A DNA stretch of 64,000 nt from Methanotrichaceae archaeon (lineage in GTDB: Archaea; Halobacteriota; Methanosarcinia; Methanotrichales; Methanotrichaceae): assembly GCA_963813075.1 (NCBI GenBank), contig CAWEXU010000007.1, positions 1 to 64,000 on the forward strand, written 5' to 3'. This document shows positions 43,938 to 56,212 of the stretch, piece after piece (position 1 is the first letter of the stretch; each line of letters begins with the position of its first letter). The notes under the pieces were generated by a model. It had not been told where the DNA came from. It made no database searches and worked only from the letters and a program-made list of their open reading frames with translations. A program made the position numbers and the translations under genes.

Positions 43938-44795
43938 CTACGTCTTCCAGACCACCGCTCTGGTGAGCATCTCAGAGAAGGCATCGAATATCGGCCGGTC
44001 CGTCTGGACGAGGAAATAGTTCGCACCGACCTGATTGCATGCCGCCCGGATCTTTTCATTATGCTCTGTCAGCCTCTTCAGGTACTCCGCCCGCTCTCCT
44101 TCTGTAACTCGAGTGACGAGGGATAGACCGCTCTCCAGGTCCACGAACTTCACATCTCCCCCGAACTTTAGCCCCACCTCATCCGGGGACAGAACCTGAA
44201 TTACCACCAGCTCATGCCCGGATAGGCGAAAGATGCTGGATATGACATCCTCGGTATCCTCCAGGAAATCGGATATCAGCACCACCAGGCTGGTGGTCTT
44301 GATCTGGGACGCGAATAGCTCTGAGACCAGCTTCAGACTGGTCCCGCCCCTGGGGAGAGTATCATCCAGCATGGCAACGGTTGTGATCAGATTTCTCCTC
44401 CCCCGTTTGGGATCTCCGGGGTAGAACCGGTGGCAAAAGCGCGATATGGTGTACTTCTCGTTCTCCATGGTGGCCAGATAGGCAAAGCCCGCGGCGAGGC
44501 GGGAGGCATAGGCATACTTTCCGGCATAGCTCATGCTGGCGCTGCTGTCTAAGAGGATGTGGACCACAAGGCTTCTCTCCTCCTCATGCTCCCGGATGAA
44601 GAGCTTCTCCGTCCTGCCATAGACCTTCCAGTCCACCAGCTTGAAGTCGTCTCCCTTACGGTACTCCCGGTAGCCCACCGGGCTGACGCCGTGGCCAAAG
44701 CGCATCGATTTCCTCCCTCCGCTATATGCGGTGGAGACACGCTTTCTGACGAGCAGAGTAAATCGCTCCAGCTCTTTGAAGAACTCAGTGTCCAT
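43938..44795 (-). CDS. DUF58/VWA protein
   Basis: YREY..GDD...VDWK, DSSASM, ISDF. Confidence 0.92.
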   Translation of the reverse strand: MDTEFFKELERFTLLVRKRVSTAYSGGRKSMRFGHGVSPVGYREYRKGDDFKLVDWKVYGRTEKLFIREHEEERSLVVHILLDSSASMSYAGKYAYASRLAAGFAYLATMENEKYTISRFCHRFYPGDPKRGRRNLITTVAMLDDTLPRGGTSLKLVSELFASQIKTTSLVVLISDFLEDTEDVISSIFRLSGHELVVIQVLSPDEVGLKFGGDVKFVDLESGLSLVTRVTEGERAEYLKRLTEHNEKIRAACNQVGANYFLVQTDRPIFDAFSEMLTRAVVWKT

Positions 44796-44813
44796 AATTT
44801 ATCCAAATTCATC

Positions 44814-45770
44814 TCATAGCGATAGGCTCTTCAGGATGTCACCTACCACCTGGTCGCGGGTGAGGCCCTTCCTCTCCGCCTCGAATCCCAGTATTATCCT
44901 GTGCCTGAGGACCGGATAGGCCATCTCATGCAGATCTTCTTTGGAGACGTAGTTCCTGCCCTGCAAAAATGCTCTGGCCTTGGCCGAGAGGATGAGGCCG
45001 ATCGAGGCCCTGGGGCTGGCACCGTACTGGACTCCCTCCCAGTTGCGGGTGGCCAGAACCAGGCTGACGACCGCCTTTTTCAGATCATCAGCAATCGGTA
45101 TGTCGCGACAGAGCTGCTGCAGGGCTATCACCTCTTCCCGGCTCACCTGCGGGGAAACCTTGGGCTCTGCCCGGATGGTATACCTCTCCAGGATCTCCAG
45201 CTCCTCATCCATGCTGGGATATTCCATAAAGATCTTGAGCAGGAACCTGTCCAGCTGGGCCTCGGGCAATGGGAAGGTCCCTTCCATCTCTATGGGGTTC
45301 TGGGTGGCTAAAATGAAGAAGGGCCTGTCCAGCGGATAGGTTTTGTTGCCCACTGTCACCTGCTTTTCCTGCATGGCCTCTAAAAGCGCGCTCTGAGTCT
45401 TGGGCGAGGCCCGGTTGATCTCGTCCGCCAGGACGATGTTTGAGAAGACGGGCCCCGGCTCAAAGCGGAACTTCTTTCCTCCCCCAATCTCGTCGATGAT
45501 GGTGGTGCCGGTGATATCTGCCGGCATCAGGTCCGGAGTGCACTGAATTCTGCTGAAGTCCAGGCTCATGCAGGAGGCCGTGGTCTTCACCAGCAGAGTC
45601 TTGGCCAGACCGGGATTGCTCTCCAGGAGGGCATGGCCTCCGGCGATGATTGCCACCAAAAGCTGCTCTATGGCCTTATCCTGGCCGACGATCACCTTAT
45701 CGATCTCTTTTCGGAGCCTCTGGAAAATCTCCGGAGCTCGGCTGTAGACTATTCTGAGATCCTCCGACAT
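44814..45770 (-). CDS. moxR: MoxR family AAA+ ATPase
   Basis: PGLAKT, RIQCTPDLMPAD, DEINRA, ATQNPIE. Confidence 0.96.
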   Translation of the reverse strand: MSEDLRIVYSRAPEIFQRLRKEIDKVIVGQDKAIEQLLVAIIAGGHALLESNPGLAKTLLVKTTASCMSLDFSRIQCTPDLMPADITGTTIIDEIGGGKKFRFEPGPVFSNIVLADEINRASPKTQSALLEAMQEKQVTVGNKTYPLDRPFFILATQNPIEMEGTFPLPEAQLDRFLLKIFMEYPSMDEELEILERYTIRAEPKVSPQVSREEVIALQQLCRDIPIADDLKKAVVSLVLATRNWEGVQYGASPRASIGLILSAKARAFLQGRNYVSKEDLHEMAYPVLRHRIILGFEAERKGLTRDQVVGDILKSLSL

Positions 45771-45827
45771 TATTTTCTCCTTATCATCTTCTGAAGAGTT
45801 TTTGGTCTAATTATACCTTTTCCAGGG

Positions 45828-45910
45828 AATGGGAGGTGGATGGGTGGTGGATGAGAGTGGATGAGAGTGGATGAGAGGTGGATGGGTGGTGGATGGGAGG
45901 CGGATGGGAA
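45828..45910. repeat. Purine-rich GTGGATG(A/G)G tandem repeat
   Basis: About 7 imperfect 10-11 bp units. Confidence 0.8.
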
Positions 45911-46130
45911 TAGGCGCTTCAAGCATCATTGTTCACGAAATATTCTTTTCGCGGTATTCAAATGAAGGTATTGGTGACAGTGGCTGGCAAAAAAAGCGCA
46001 GATCTGAGCAGAAGTCTTCACATTAACTCATGATGTGGCATATAAGAAGCTGGATCTCCAATGCTCAAATGCGATGTGCCTGCACAAGCCTTTTCATTTG
46101 TCACTGCAATAAGAGACTGGAGAGCTGAAT

Positions 46131-47249
46131 ATGCATAAGATAAGATCCACGGCAGGCGTAATTTTTTTGTCCACCCTACTTCTCATGACTGTTTCAGGGC
46201 AACATATTGCGGCACAATACCTATATGAGGGCAACAGCCTTCTGGAAGAGGAAAAGTACGACGAGGCGGTACTGATTTTTGATAAAGCCATTGCACTGGA
46301 CTCTCGATTTACCGCTGCCTGGAGCAATAAAGGATACGCTTTATCCGAATTGGGCGAGTATGAGGATGCTTTAGAGGCATATGACAGGGCTCTGGAGATT
46401 GGACCTCAAGAAGCACTTATGTGGAATGGGAAAGGTGGTGCCCTACTTGGGATGGAACGGTATGATGAAGCCCTTAAAGCCTTTGATAGAGCGATAGAGC
46501 TTGATCCAACATTTGCACCAGCCTGGGGCAATAAAGGCATAGCATTCGATCATTTGGGCCGCCAAGAAGATGCCATAAGAATGTATGAAAAAGTTGATGA
46601 GCTCAATAAACAGGATCCCGATCCATTGGTCTGGCTCAATAAAGGAAACTCGCTGTACAAATTGGGGGATTTTGAAGAAGCCCTCAAATCATATAACAAA
46701 TCCATTGAGATTGATCCTCAACTAGCAGATGCCTGGAACTCAAAGGGTCTGGTTCTTGGAAATTTGAGTCGCAACGATGAAGCACTGAAGGCATTCGACA
46801 AAGCAATTGAGATTGATCCAGCACTCTGGGAGGCCTGGAACAATAAAGGTGTCACCCTCAATGAAATGGACAGATATGAAGAGGCCATCGAGGCCTTTAA
46901 TCAAGCTATAGAAATTGACTCAAACCAGATGGGACTATGGTACAACAAAGGCAACACATGTCTGAGCGGCGGGGAAATTGGAAGAAGCACTCTGGTCTTA
47001 CAATAAGGCCACAGAGATCAAACCCGAACATGCTGAGTCCTGGATAGGCAAAGGCGACAGTTCTTGGTTATATGGGAAGATATGAGGATGCCATAGAAGC
47101 ATTGGAAAAAGCTATTCAGATCGATCCAGAGAATGGAAGGGCCTGGTACTTGAAAGGCTTGGTTCACGAACGAAGTTAATAGCGATGCAGGAAGCTGAAG
47201 CTGCTTTTTCCAGGGCGGAAGAGCTGGGATACGTCGGAGAGGACAGTGA
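46131..47249 (+). CDS. Secreted TPR repeat protein (frameshifted C-terminus)
   Basis: Repeated W.NKG..L..LG...EA...FDKA.EIDP. Confidence 0.92.
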
Positions 47250-47605
47250 GGACGGAGATGACTATGTTCCGACCAAGTCTCTTCTTGATTTGCTGAGAAG
47301 CCTGTTATGATGGCTAAATATGATAAGCCGGATAATAGGCAGGTGTAGCTTGCCAATGATCAATAGAAGGGAAGGGAGAATCAGAGAGAAATATCCAGAC
47401 GCACTTGAATGAACTCCCAGCCTTTCATCTATGCATCAGAGCAGCCACCAGTCATGATCCCCCCGGAATTTTTCATCTTGAATACGAGCGAGAATGATGC
47501 CTTTCCAGGAATACAGCCGAATGCCAGTCCATCAAAAGCGTTTCAACTAACAGCTATCCAGAAGATGTAAATATAGTGCATTCTATCTTATTAATGGAGA
47601 CATAG

Positions 47606-48031
47606 ATGACTGGTACTGATGCCATAAGGGCCACCGTGGATGAGCTTCTCCGGGTCCTCTCCGCCAGGAACATAATTGGCGAGCCTGTGGACCTGGAGGA
47701 CAAGATCATCATACCCATCACCAAGATGGGGATGGGATTTGGCACCGGCCAGGGAATGGAACCCGGGGGCAAGGAAACCATTAAGGTCGAAGCAGGCGGC
47801 GGTGTGGGCATCATTCCAGTCGCTATTGTGGTGGTGTTCAAGGGGATTTCTGGTGAGGATGGAGTCAAGGTGATTCCTCTGTCCGGCCACAGCTCGGGCA
47901 ACCAGCCCCTGGCCGAGCTTGCCAGTGTGGCCCAATCCATCCTGGAGAGATTCGCCGCCTCTCAGGAGAGAAAAGGAAAGGAGAGACAGGAGAAAAAGTC
48001 CTCTCGAGAGACAGCGGTGCACGTCGAATAG
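47606..48031 (+). CDS. YtfJ/GerW family protein
   Basis: IIGEPV, IIP, GFGTG, GGGVGIIPVA. Confidence 0.88.
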   Translation: MTGTDAIRATVDELLRVLSARNIIGEPVDLEDKIIIPITKMGMGFGTGQGMEPGGKETIKVEAGGGVGIIPVAIVVVFKGISGEDGVKVIPLSGHSSGNQPLAELASVAQSILERFAASQERKGKERQEKKSSRETAVHVE

Positions 48032-48082
48032 ATTCGCTCGAACAGACGCCTGGCGAATAAACCTTGAGCTTGAGGCTTTCTG

Positions 48083-49009
48083 ATGCCATTGACCTCCAAT
48101 ATTCTGGCAGGGATACAGATCACTGATATTTTGACACTGGCAGCTTTCATACTTTTGCTTTTCATTGCCCTCCTGCTAATCGTTCTGATAGTCCCCCTTC
48201 GATTTTGCCTATTTTTATACAAGAATGGGCGGCTGGTTGAGGGAAAGCTAAGAGGGTCCTGGCTGGGAATATCCGCAGGCGGAGAGCTGATAAGCAAAGA
48301 GAGCGCAACTATTGGCAGGCTATGGATATCTTTCCTTAGCATCAGGATCATTAATCGAGAGATCTCCGCTCCATCAGCTCTCGATTTTATTGGATTGGTC
48401 ACTAAAAGGGAACGGGGAAAGGAAAAGAAGGGCTATGCGGAGAGAAAGGAGGGTGCAGAGAGAAAGGAGGAAAAGGCAGAAGACAGTTGGCGGGATCTGA
48501 GCCGGCATGACAAGAGCCGGCAAGACGAAAGCCGGCACGAACAGAATAGCATCAGCAGGGAAAGCACAAGCGGGGAATCAGAGGCTATCGATGATGAAGA
48601 CGGCATCAGGACGCCCCGGCTCAGATCTATTCTGGCAGCCATGCCCGCGTTCATGAATTTCCTCCGCGACCTCACGGGATCGATCAATTTCAAGACGATC
48701 CGCTGCCGTCTGGAGCTGGGGCTTGATGATCCTTCCGAGACGGCCATACTGGCGGGACGGCTCTGGGCCATAGCCGCTTTCCTCCGCTATCTTGGAGCGG
48801 ACATCCTCATTAAGCCCTATTTCGAGGATGAAAGGCTGGAGGGAGAATTTCTGGCAGAGGCCGGAATGCGTCCGATCCATGTCCCAGTGGCATTCATCTC
48901 CGCCCTCAGCGAAAAAGGAGACGAGATCGCTGATAAAAGAAATAAGTTCTCAAAAGAGCACCATCTTCTCCTTGATGGCCCTTTGTGCGCTTTGTGTTCT
49001 TTGTGGTGA
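48083..49009 (+). CDS. DUF2953 domain protein
   Basis: N-terminal TM, GLDDPSETAILAG, I.PYF; follows YtfJ. Confidence 0.8.
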   Translation: MPLTSNILAGIQITDILTLAAFILLLFIALLLIVLIVPLRFCLFLYKNGRLVEGKLRGSWLGISAGGELISKESATIGRLWISFLSIRIINREISAPSALDFIGLVTKRERGKEKKGYAERKEGAERKEEKAEDSWRDLSRHDKSRQDESRHEQNSISRESTSGESEAIDDEDGIRTPRLRSILAAMPAFMNFLRDLTGSINFKTIRCRLELGLDDPSETAILAGRLWAIAAFLRYLGADILIKPYFEDERLEGEFLAEAGMRPIHVPVAFISALSEKGDEIADKRNKFSKEHHLLLDGPLCALCSLW

Positions 49010-49061
49010 AATAATTAGCTATGCAATAAAATTAAGAACCTATTAACCGGGGCAATGACTT

Positions 49062-49367
49062 TTGATGTCTGAAGCGATATTTGATGATGAATCGAAGAAA
49101 AGCAAATGGATCCCGAAAATACAGATGCATGTCCTGGCAGGAGCACAGATCAGGGCCGGAGAGAGGATAATTTATCCCATCATCAAGGTCTTCGTCATCG
49201 CTGCAGAAGATCGTCTGCTGGGATTGAGAATCAGCCCGATTGCGCTGCTGATAGTTGAGCCTGGAATGCAGTATGCCTTCTCACTGGAAGGAAAGAAAAT
49301 GAATGTGGAGGAGATCTATAAGCTGGATGCCTCCCTGAAGGACATCGCAGCTGCATCGAGCCCTTGA
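49062..49367 (+). CDS. Hypothetical protein (YtfJ-like)
   Basis: IIYPIIKV, ISPIALLIVE. Confidence 0.6.
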   Translation: MMSEAIFDDESKKSKWIPKIQMHVLAGAQIRAGERIIYPIIKVFVIAAEDRLLGLRISPIALLIVEPGMQYAFSLEGKKMNVEEIYKLDASLKDIAAASSP

Positions 49368-49500
49368 TTACGTGATAGTGAACTGCTGCCTCCAGAGGGG
49401 TGCGACTTCTGACTACGACGAAACTTTTTTTGATTTGAGGCTCATCTGCTCGATTATATTTGATGCCGCTTGTTGATTGCTGCCCCTCAGATCGGGCTTT

Positions 49501-52033
49501 TCAGCGCATCCAGAGGATATGGGAATCCTCCATAGGAACAAATGCATCCGGATGATAGGGCACAATGCGAGGGGTATAGTCCTCAGCTTGCCTGTTCGCC
49601 GGCACATCGGCGCAGTAGACGAACCCATTGACTGAACCGGCAAGCTCTTCCCTCTGATCCATGATGATCCTGACCGGCTTTGCCTTTTCCCCCCGGCCTG
49701 ACTGGGGCAGGGGATCAGCATAAAGCTCCACCTGAATATCATCTGGAGAGATATCGCCCAAATATGCCTCCACCTGGAAGCGCCACCGATCCTCCTCCAG
49801 GGTCACCTTCAGATTGCCGAAATGAATTCCTCTCCAGCAAAGGGCGATCCTCTCCTGCCAACCCACCAATTCCCTGGCCAGCTTTGCACCCTCTTTTGCC
49901 CTCTTTCTATAGGCATCAGCCGCCGGCTGGTAGACCTTCTCTACATACTCTTTCATCATCCGGTTGCTGCTATAGCGCGGGGTCAGCTCGGTCATGCTGG
50001 CCTTGACCTTAGCCACCCAGGATGATGGGACTCCCTGATCGTCCCGCTGGTAGAAGAGCGGAACTACCTCCTCCTCCAGCAGCCGGTAGAGCTCTCGGGC
50101 ATCTTTATCATCCCTTTCCGGGCCAAAACCATCCGGGGACTCGCTCTCATCTCCCAGCAGCCAGCCCACCCTGGGGTCGTAGGCCTCATCCCACCATCCA
50201 TCGAGGGTGGAGAGGTTCAGCCCGCCATTGGCCAGCACCTTCATGCCGCTTGTCCCGCAGGCCTCATTGGGGCGCAGTGGGGTGTTGATCCATAGATCCA
50301 CCCCCGCCTGCAGGTGCTGGGCCAGATCGATATCGTAATCCTCGAGAAATATCACCCGATCCGATATGTCCGGCCGGTCGGCGAAGTTGGCCATCTGCTT
50401 TACCATCTCTTTTCCGGCGGTATCGGCAGGATGGGCCTTGGCGGCCATCAAGAGCTGTACCGGCATATCCTGATTGCTCAGGATCCTGACCAGCCTCTCC
50501 TCGTCCCTTAAGAGGAGGTTGGTGCGCTTGTAGGCGGTGGCCCTCCTGGCAAATCCTATGGTGAGGGCATTGGGGTCCAGCACGTGCTTTGCCGCCTCGA
50601 TCTCCTCGGGCATGGCTCCATGCTCCTGCATCTGCCGGGCATGACGCCTGCGAGCATAATCGACGAGGTCTTTTCTGGCAAGCGCTCTGAAGTTCCAGAT
50701 ATCCTGGTCGTTCTGCCTGGCTATCTCTCCGATCTCATAGTCAACCCAGTCCGGACCGCAGCTTCCAGGGCAGGCTCTGCGACCACAGCTTTTGGGCGGC
50801 AGGAGAATCCCAGGTGGGAATATGGACCCCATTGGTCACGTAATCGATAGGCACCTCATTCTTCGGCCAGCGAGGATAACGGGACTGAAAGATCCTCCTG
50901 CTCACCTGGCCATGAAGCCGGCTCACGCCGTTGACAAAGCAGCTACCACTAAGGGCGAGAAAGGCGATGTTAAAGGGACTGCTGTCATCCTTTTCGCTCT
51001 TCAGTCCCATGATGGCCAGAGCATTCGGCGGCAGGCCCCGAGCATTTGTATAATGCTTTGCATATTTTCTCAGGAGATCTCTGTCAAACCGATCGAAACC
51101 CGCCTCTACTGGGGTATGGGTGGTGAAGACATTTCCCGCCCGGGTGGCCCAGAGAGCCTCCAAGAATGAGCAGCCCTCCTCTTGCATGAAGCTATAGGCC
51201 CTGGCCAGGACCACAAATGCGGCATGGCCCTCGTTCATATGGCAGACCTCCGGCTTTATTCCCATCTTCTTCAGGGCCAGCCAGCCGCCGACCCCAAGGA
51301 CGATCTCCTGGATGAGGCGCAGCTCCTGCCCGGGAGCATAAAGGCTGGCGGTGATCGCCCTATCCCAGGGGGAGTTTAAAGGATCATTGGAGTCTAAGAG
51401 AAAGAGGCTCACCCGGCCGACCTGAGCCTTCCAGACCCTTAAATAAATGTGCCTCCCCGGAAGGCCGATCTTGATTCTGAGCCTGCCACCCTCCTCATCC
51501 CAGACCGGCTCTATGGGAAGGCTATTTGGATCGTTATAGGGAAAGGCCTCGATCTGAGATCCGTCCTGGGCCAGGAGCTGACGGAAGTAGCCCTGCTGGT
51601 AGAGAAGGCCGATCCCTACCAGGGGAACTCCCAGGTCGCTGGCCGTCTTCAGGTGATCTCCGGCCAGGATGCCCAGGCCTCCAGAGTAGATAGGAAGGGC
51701 TTCAGAGAGGCCGAACTCCATGCTGAAGTAGGCGACGGAGCGCAGACTGTAGTGCTTCTCGCACCATCCAGGCTGGGCCAGAAACTGGGCGTTTTTATCC
51801 TGCCAATCTCTTATCTCCCTTCCCAGGACCTCGTCCTTCGCCAGCTCGTTCAGGCGGCTTTTTGAGATGTTTTGCAGGATTAGATAGGGATTTTTTGTCT
51901 TCTCCCAGGCCTCGGGATCCAGCAGCTCCCAGACCTTGTCCGTTGTCAGCCGGACAGTCCAGCGCAGATCAAGGGCCAGATCAGCCAGGCCCTCCAGCCC
52001 TGAGGGCAAATACAGGTCATTATGGCTATTCAT
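49501..52033 (-). CDS. glgP: Alpha-glucan phosphorylase (frameshift near 50770)
   Basis: YSGGLGILAGD, HMNEGH, GFARRATAYKR, EACGTSGMK. Confidence 0.95.
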
Positions 52034-52117
52034 TATTCCGCCTCGAGCAATATCCTTTCTACTCTCTATATTTTCTATCTTCTATTATCTTCTATCTTCT
52101 ATAATCTTCTACCTCTC

Positions 52118-53221
52118 TTATCTTCTCTTGGTGACTATTGAGAGCACATCACAGTCCTGCAGCTCATGGTCCAGCCCAATGGACTGGCCCGGGAACTTGG
52201 CGCTCTTTCCCCAGACCAGTGCATAGCGAAAGAGGTTAACGAAGTCCCGGTGCAGATGCTCGCATACCGATTTCACTGTGCTCCCATCCAGGAGCACCAG
52301 CGGCTCCTCCAGGTCTGCTTTGCCTCCCTTCGGCTTGAGGTAGATGCGGATGAACCCCAGGGTCTCGTATATATCATCCTTCAATTCCTCCAGGCCCTCG
52401 GTAGTGGCGCAGGATATGGGCAGATAGTCCCTGCCCAGGTCTTCTGCGATCTTGTCCTCGATGCCGCCATAGCGCAGGTCGAACTTGTTTATGGCCACCA
52501 GAGATGGAATATAAACCCTGTTTCCCGCCAGGAAGTCAACCAGGCTGTCAGTGTCTATATCCTCCCGGACGGTGACATTGGCGTTCACTATTCCATAGGC
52601 GCGTATGATCTCTGCGATCTCAAACTCCGTCATCCGGGTCAGAGGAACTGTACTGCGCACGATGATGCCCCCCTTTCTCTCCTGGGTGATGTGAACGTTT
52701 GGCGGCTGCTTGTCCAGCCTTATGCCGGCTTCATACAGCTCCCGCTCCAGGACCTTTAGATTATAGTTGAAGACATCTCCTAATAAGAGGATCATATCCG
52801 CTGCTCGGGCGGCGGTTATGACCTCCCTGCCCCTGCCCTTGCCCCGTGCCGCTCCCTTTATGATTCCTGGCATATCGAGAATCTGAATCTCGGCCCCTTT
52901 GTGCTTCATCACTCCAGGGATGACCTCAAGAGTGGTGAACTGATAGGCAGCCACCTCAGACTTGGAGCCGGTCAGATAGTTGAGCAGGCTGGATTTGCCT
53001 ACAGACGGAAAGCCCACCAGGGCCACAGTGGCGTCGCCGGATTTCTTGATGTAGTATCTTCTCCCTCCGCCGCCGCCTTTGATCTTCTGAAGCTCCTGCT
53101 GGGCTCTGAGCTTGGCTATCTTGGCCTTGATCTTGCCCAGGTGATGCTCAGTGGCCTTGTTCTTCTGAGTATTGAAGATCTCCTCTTCCAGCGCTTTGAT
53201 CTGCTCCTCAATGGTTGCCAT
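52118..53221 (-). CDS. DRG/OBG family GTPase with TGS domain
   Basis: GFPSVGKS, FTT, DMPG, NKFD. Confidence 0.95.
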   Translation of the reverse strand: MATIEEQIKALEEEIFNTQKNKATEHHLGKIKAKIAKLRAQQELQKIKGGGGGRRYYIKKSGDATVALVGFPSVGKSSLLNYLTGSKSEVAAYQFTTLEVIPGVMKHKGAEIQILDMPGIIKGAARGKGRGREVITAARAADMILLLGDVFNYNLKVLERELYEAGIRLDKQPPNVHITQERKGGIIVRSTVPLTRMTEFEIAEIIRAYGIVNANVTVREDIDTDSLVDFLAGNRVYIPSLVAINKFDLRYGGIEDKIAEDLGRDYLPISCATTEGLEELKDDIYETLGFIRIYLKPKGGKADLEEPLVLLDGSTVKSVCEHLHRDFVNLFRYALVWGKSAKFPGQSIGLDHELQDCDVLSIVTKRR

Positions 53222-53343
53222 TTAACGTCCTCTTAGTCGGCAGGGCGGCCAAAAAAGCCTTCCCTGCCATCAGATAGAAGTGTGATGCGCCACTTTCCCA
53301 AAAGCAATAGGGCTCCTCCTTTATAAGCTATGGTATGGGGTAA

Positions 53344-54062
53344 TCAAAAGAATTTTGAGGCTAATGAGTGCCTCATCTCGCACATCTGCCGAGTATGGCA
53401 GGACTGGCAGGGAGATCCATCCGGCCGGTCGGGGAGCTGGCCGTCTTTGATCAGGCGGATCCTGTCGCGAATGCGCAGTACCCGGGCTTTGTCAGTGCTG
53501 TGGATCTGTGCCACCTCGCACCATCCCCAGGCCGGGATACTCCACCTGTCCCCATTCCACCTTTGTATTGCCCTTCTCCCCCAAAAGGAGGGAATAGCCG
53601 GCCAGGATAAGACGATCTCTCTTCCAGATGCCGTTCTCCGGCGGCCGGCCGGTGCGGATGATCGATGGCGTATTTCCTGGAGCCAGCCTGTCCAGCCTGC
53701 CGGAGAGGCCCAGCCTCTCTGAATAGAGCTCCACATCCGCCTCAAAGGGAATGAGCAGATCCATCTTCTCGCCAAGCCCTCTGGCCAATTGTCCGATCTG
53801 GTCATTTGCCTCCTGCAGGGCAGCCTGAAGCTCGCCCGGCTCCAGATCATAGATCAGGGGCAGCTCCACCTCCAGCCTTCCGAGAGCCTCTCTTGAGCTG
53901 GCCTTCCAGGTCGTCCTCCTGCAGCAATGAGAGGACGAGGCTGCGCATCAGGATCTGTTTTGCACTGCTGGATCTGGTCAGCTTTCCCAGGGAATCGAAA
54001 TAGACAAGCCTGGGGCAGCGCAGATAAAGGCCGATGTCGGATATCCTGACGGCAGGGTACAT
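53344..54062 (-). CDS. Solo Cas4/Dna2-like nuclease (frameshifted)
   Basis: YLRCPR, LSGRLDRL, CQSC....C. Confidence 0.8.
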
Positions 54063-54150
54063 CTGGCTGATATTCGCCCTCTATCTTTAAAAATTTTTGG
54101 ATATGACAAACTCATTTGGCTATTATGTCCTTTGGGTGATGCTCTCCATC

Positions 54151-55450
54151 CTATAGGGAGCGCGGCGGCCTGGCTCTGGATTGCAGCGATTGGGTCAGGT
54201 TCGCCAGCCTGGCAGAACTGCTCATTTCCTCCCTCAATCCCAACTTGACCAGCCAGACATCTTCCGCTCCGGATCCGTATGATGCGGTTATCCCTGCCAG
54301 GATATAGTCTCCCTCCCGGTTCTGAATGACAAAGCTGCCGATATCGTCTTTCATCCCGCCGAGGACACTTCTCCACTCCTCCTGTCCGGCGGAGTTCGTC
54401 TTTATGATCAGGCCATCCCTTCCCGATTCATCTTTATCGATTCTTCCGCCGATGACAAAGCCGCCATCGATTGTCTGCTGCAAAGAGGTGCCTGAGCTTC
54501 CAAGATATGATCTCTCCCAGATCTTCCGGCCACGCAGGTCCACCCGGATGAGAATGATCCTCTCCTCTTCCAAACCGGACTCGGACCTGCCCACCAGGGC
54601 ATAGCCGTCAGCAAGCTCCACCACCTGAAAGGCGGTGTCATCCCGATCTCCTCCGTAGGTGGCATTCCAGGTCATGATGCCCTGGCCATCGGTCTTCAAT
54701 AGCCAGATATCGTCACCTCTCGTGCCCTGTGATGCCGTCCTGCCGGCGACGATAAATCCACCCTCCCGGCTCTGAATGACGGATAATCCCACATCATCCT
54801 CTGTGCCGCCGTAGCTTCTCTCCCAGAGGAGGTCTCCAGTATCATCGGTGCGAATGAGCCAGAGGTCTTTTCTGCCGTTTCCTTTAGATTGAGTGTAGCC
54901 GGTGGCGATATATCCTCCATCATCGGCCTCATCCACTGACCAGCCACCGTCGCCTGAGGAGTGTACAAATCCGCCAAAGGTATTATCCCAGATCAGGCTT
55001 CCATTCCCATCCATCTTCACCAGCCACAGCCTCTCCTCGCCCATGCCAAAGGAGTTTGTGCTCCCGGTGATGATGTAGCCGCCATTGCTCGTCTCCCGGA
55101 CAAAATAGCCCACATCCTCGCCCGATCCACCCAGGATCCTGCTCCAGAGGGAGTTTCCGTCCAGATCGGTCCTTATCAGCCACAGGTCGCTCTTCTCCCC
55201 TCTGGTTGCGGTATTGCCTACCAGGATGTAGCCGCCTTCACCGGTCTCCTGCACAGACCAGGCACCATCGCCATACTTTCCTCCATAGGTCCTGTTCCAT
55301 TCCTCTTCTACTTCTCCGCCATAAAGAGATGCTGAGACCGGAGAGATATGATATAGAGAGATGAGGGTGAGGAGGAGAATGGAAGAAAGGATGAGAACGA
55401 ATAAACAGGAGATATGCAGGAATGGGGGATTTAGGGGATAATGGATTTTA
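54151..55450 (-). CDS. Secreted beta-propeller-like repeat protein
   Basis: Repeated GGY...G.T.S.G....DLWL..TD..G...W...YGG. Confidence 0.8.
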
Positions 55451-55464
55451 TCATTGATTCCTTC

Positions 55465-56129
55465 CTAGATCCCTCTATCCTGGAATTTCACTGACTTTTC
55501 CATAGAGAAGCTCCCGCTAAGAAATGTGCTGGAGTCAATGTCATTTTTGCCCATCTGATGCTGGGAGGAGGTGATTGCATAGTGGCCCAGGAACTTGGAA
55601 TTGCTGCTGGATCCTATCCCTTGCTGTCCGGTTGAATCATCCAGGCCGGAGTTGATGGCTTCAAGGCAGGAGGATGTCTCGGCGGAAGCAATAGTGGCAG
55701 GTCCATTGGCTCGCTGATGAGTTGATGGATGTGTTAGTAGCGGAGGAGTTGATGGCTGATGTATTGGCTGCAGATAAATTGGCTGCGGATGAGTTAATGG
55801 AAGTGTTATCGTTGGACTGGCTAATGCCGGACAATCCCGGATCATATGGGTTTGATCTTTTCGAACTGGAGGGGATAGAACCGCTATAGCCTGCCTTTCC
55901 TCCACCGGCCGAACCGCTCTGGGAGAGCATATCATTCAAGGCCCCGTTAATCCTCTCCTCCAGCCTCTTCGTGTCTGCGCTCATGATCGATAATCTGGAG
56001 TGTCTTATCTTCCGGAAGGCCGTTCTGGCCGGCTTCATTCTGGCAAACAGAAGACAATGCCGGAAAGATAAGTGCCATTATCAAGATGATCAAGACTGCA
56101 ATCTCCGCTTTCATTATCCCCACCATCAC
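55465..56129 (-). CDS. Secreted Ser/Asn-rich hypothetical protein (frameshifted)
   Basis: Signal peptide, low-complexity middle, three overlapping ORF pieces. Confidence 0.6.
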
Positions 56130-56212
56130 TGCTACGAAATAAAGATGTGATCAATACAATTTCAACTTTTCTATGGATAGCATTTATCTGTCCCTAGTGG
56201 AATCATGCCTCT

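Noticed and set aside
39373..52115. Short tandem repeats (39373, 40152, 45828, about 52060) as mini-CRISPR or TIGR arrays
   Set aside because: No unique spacers; they look like simple slippage repeats
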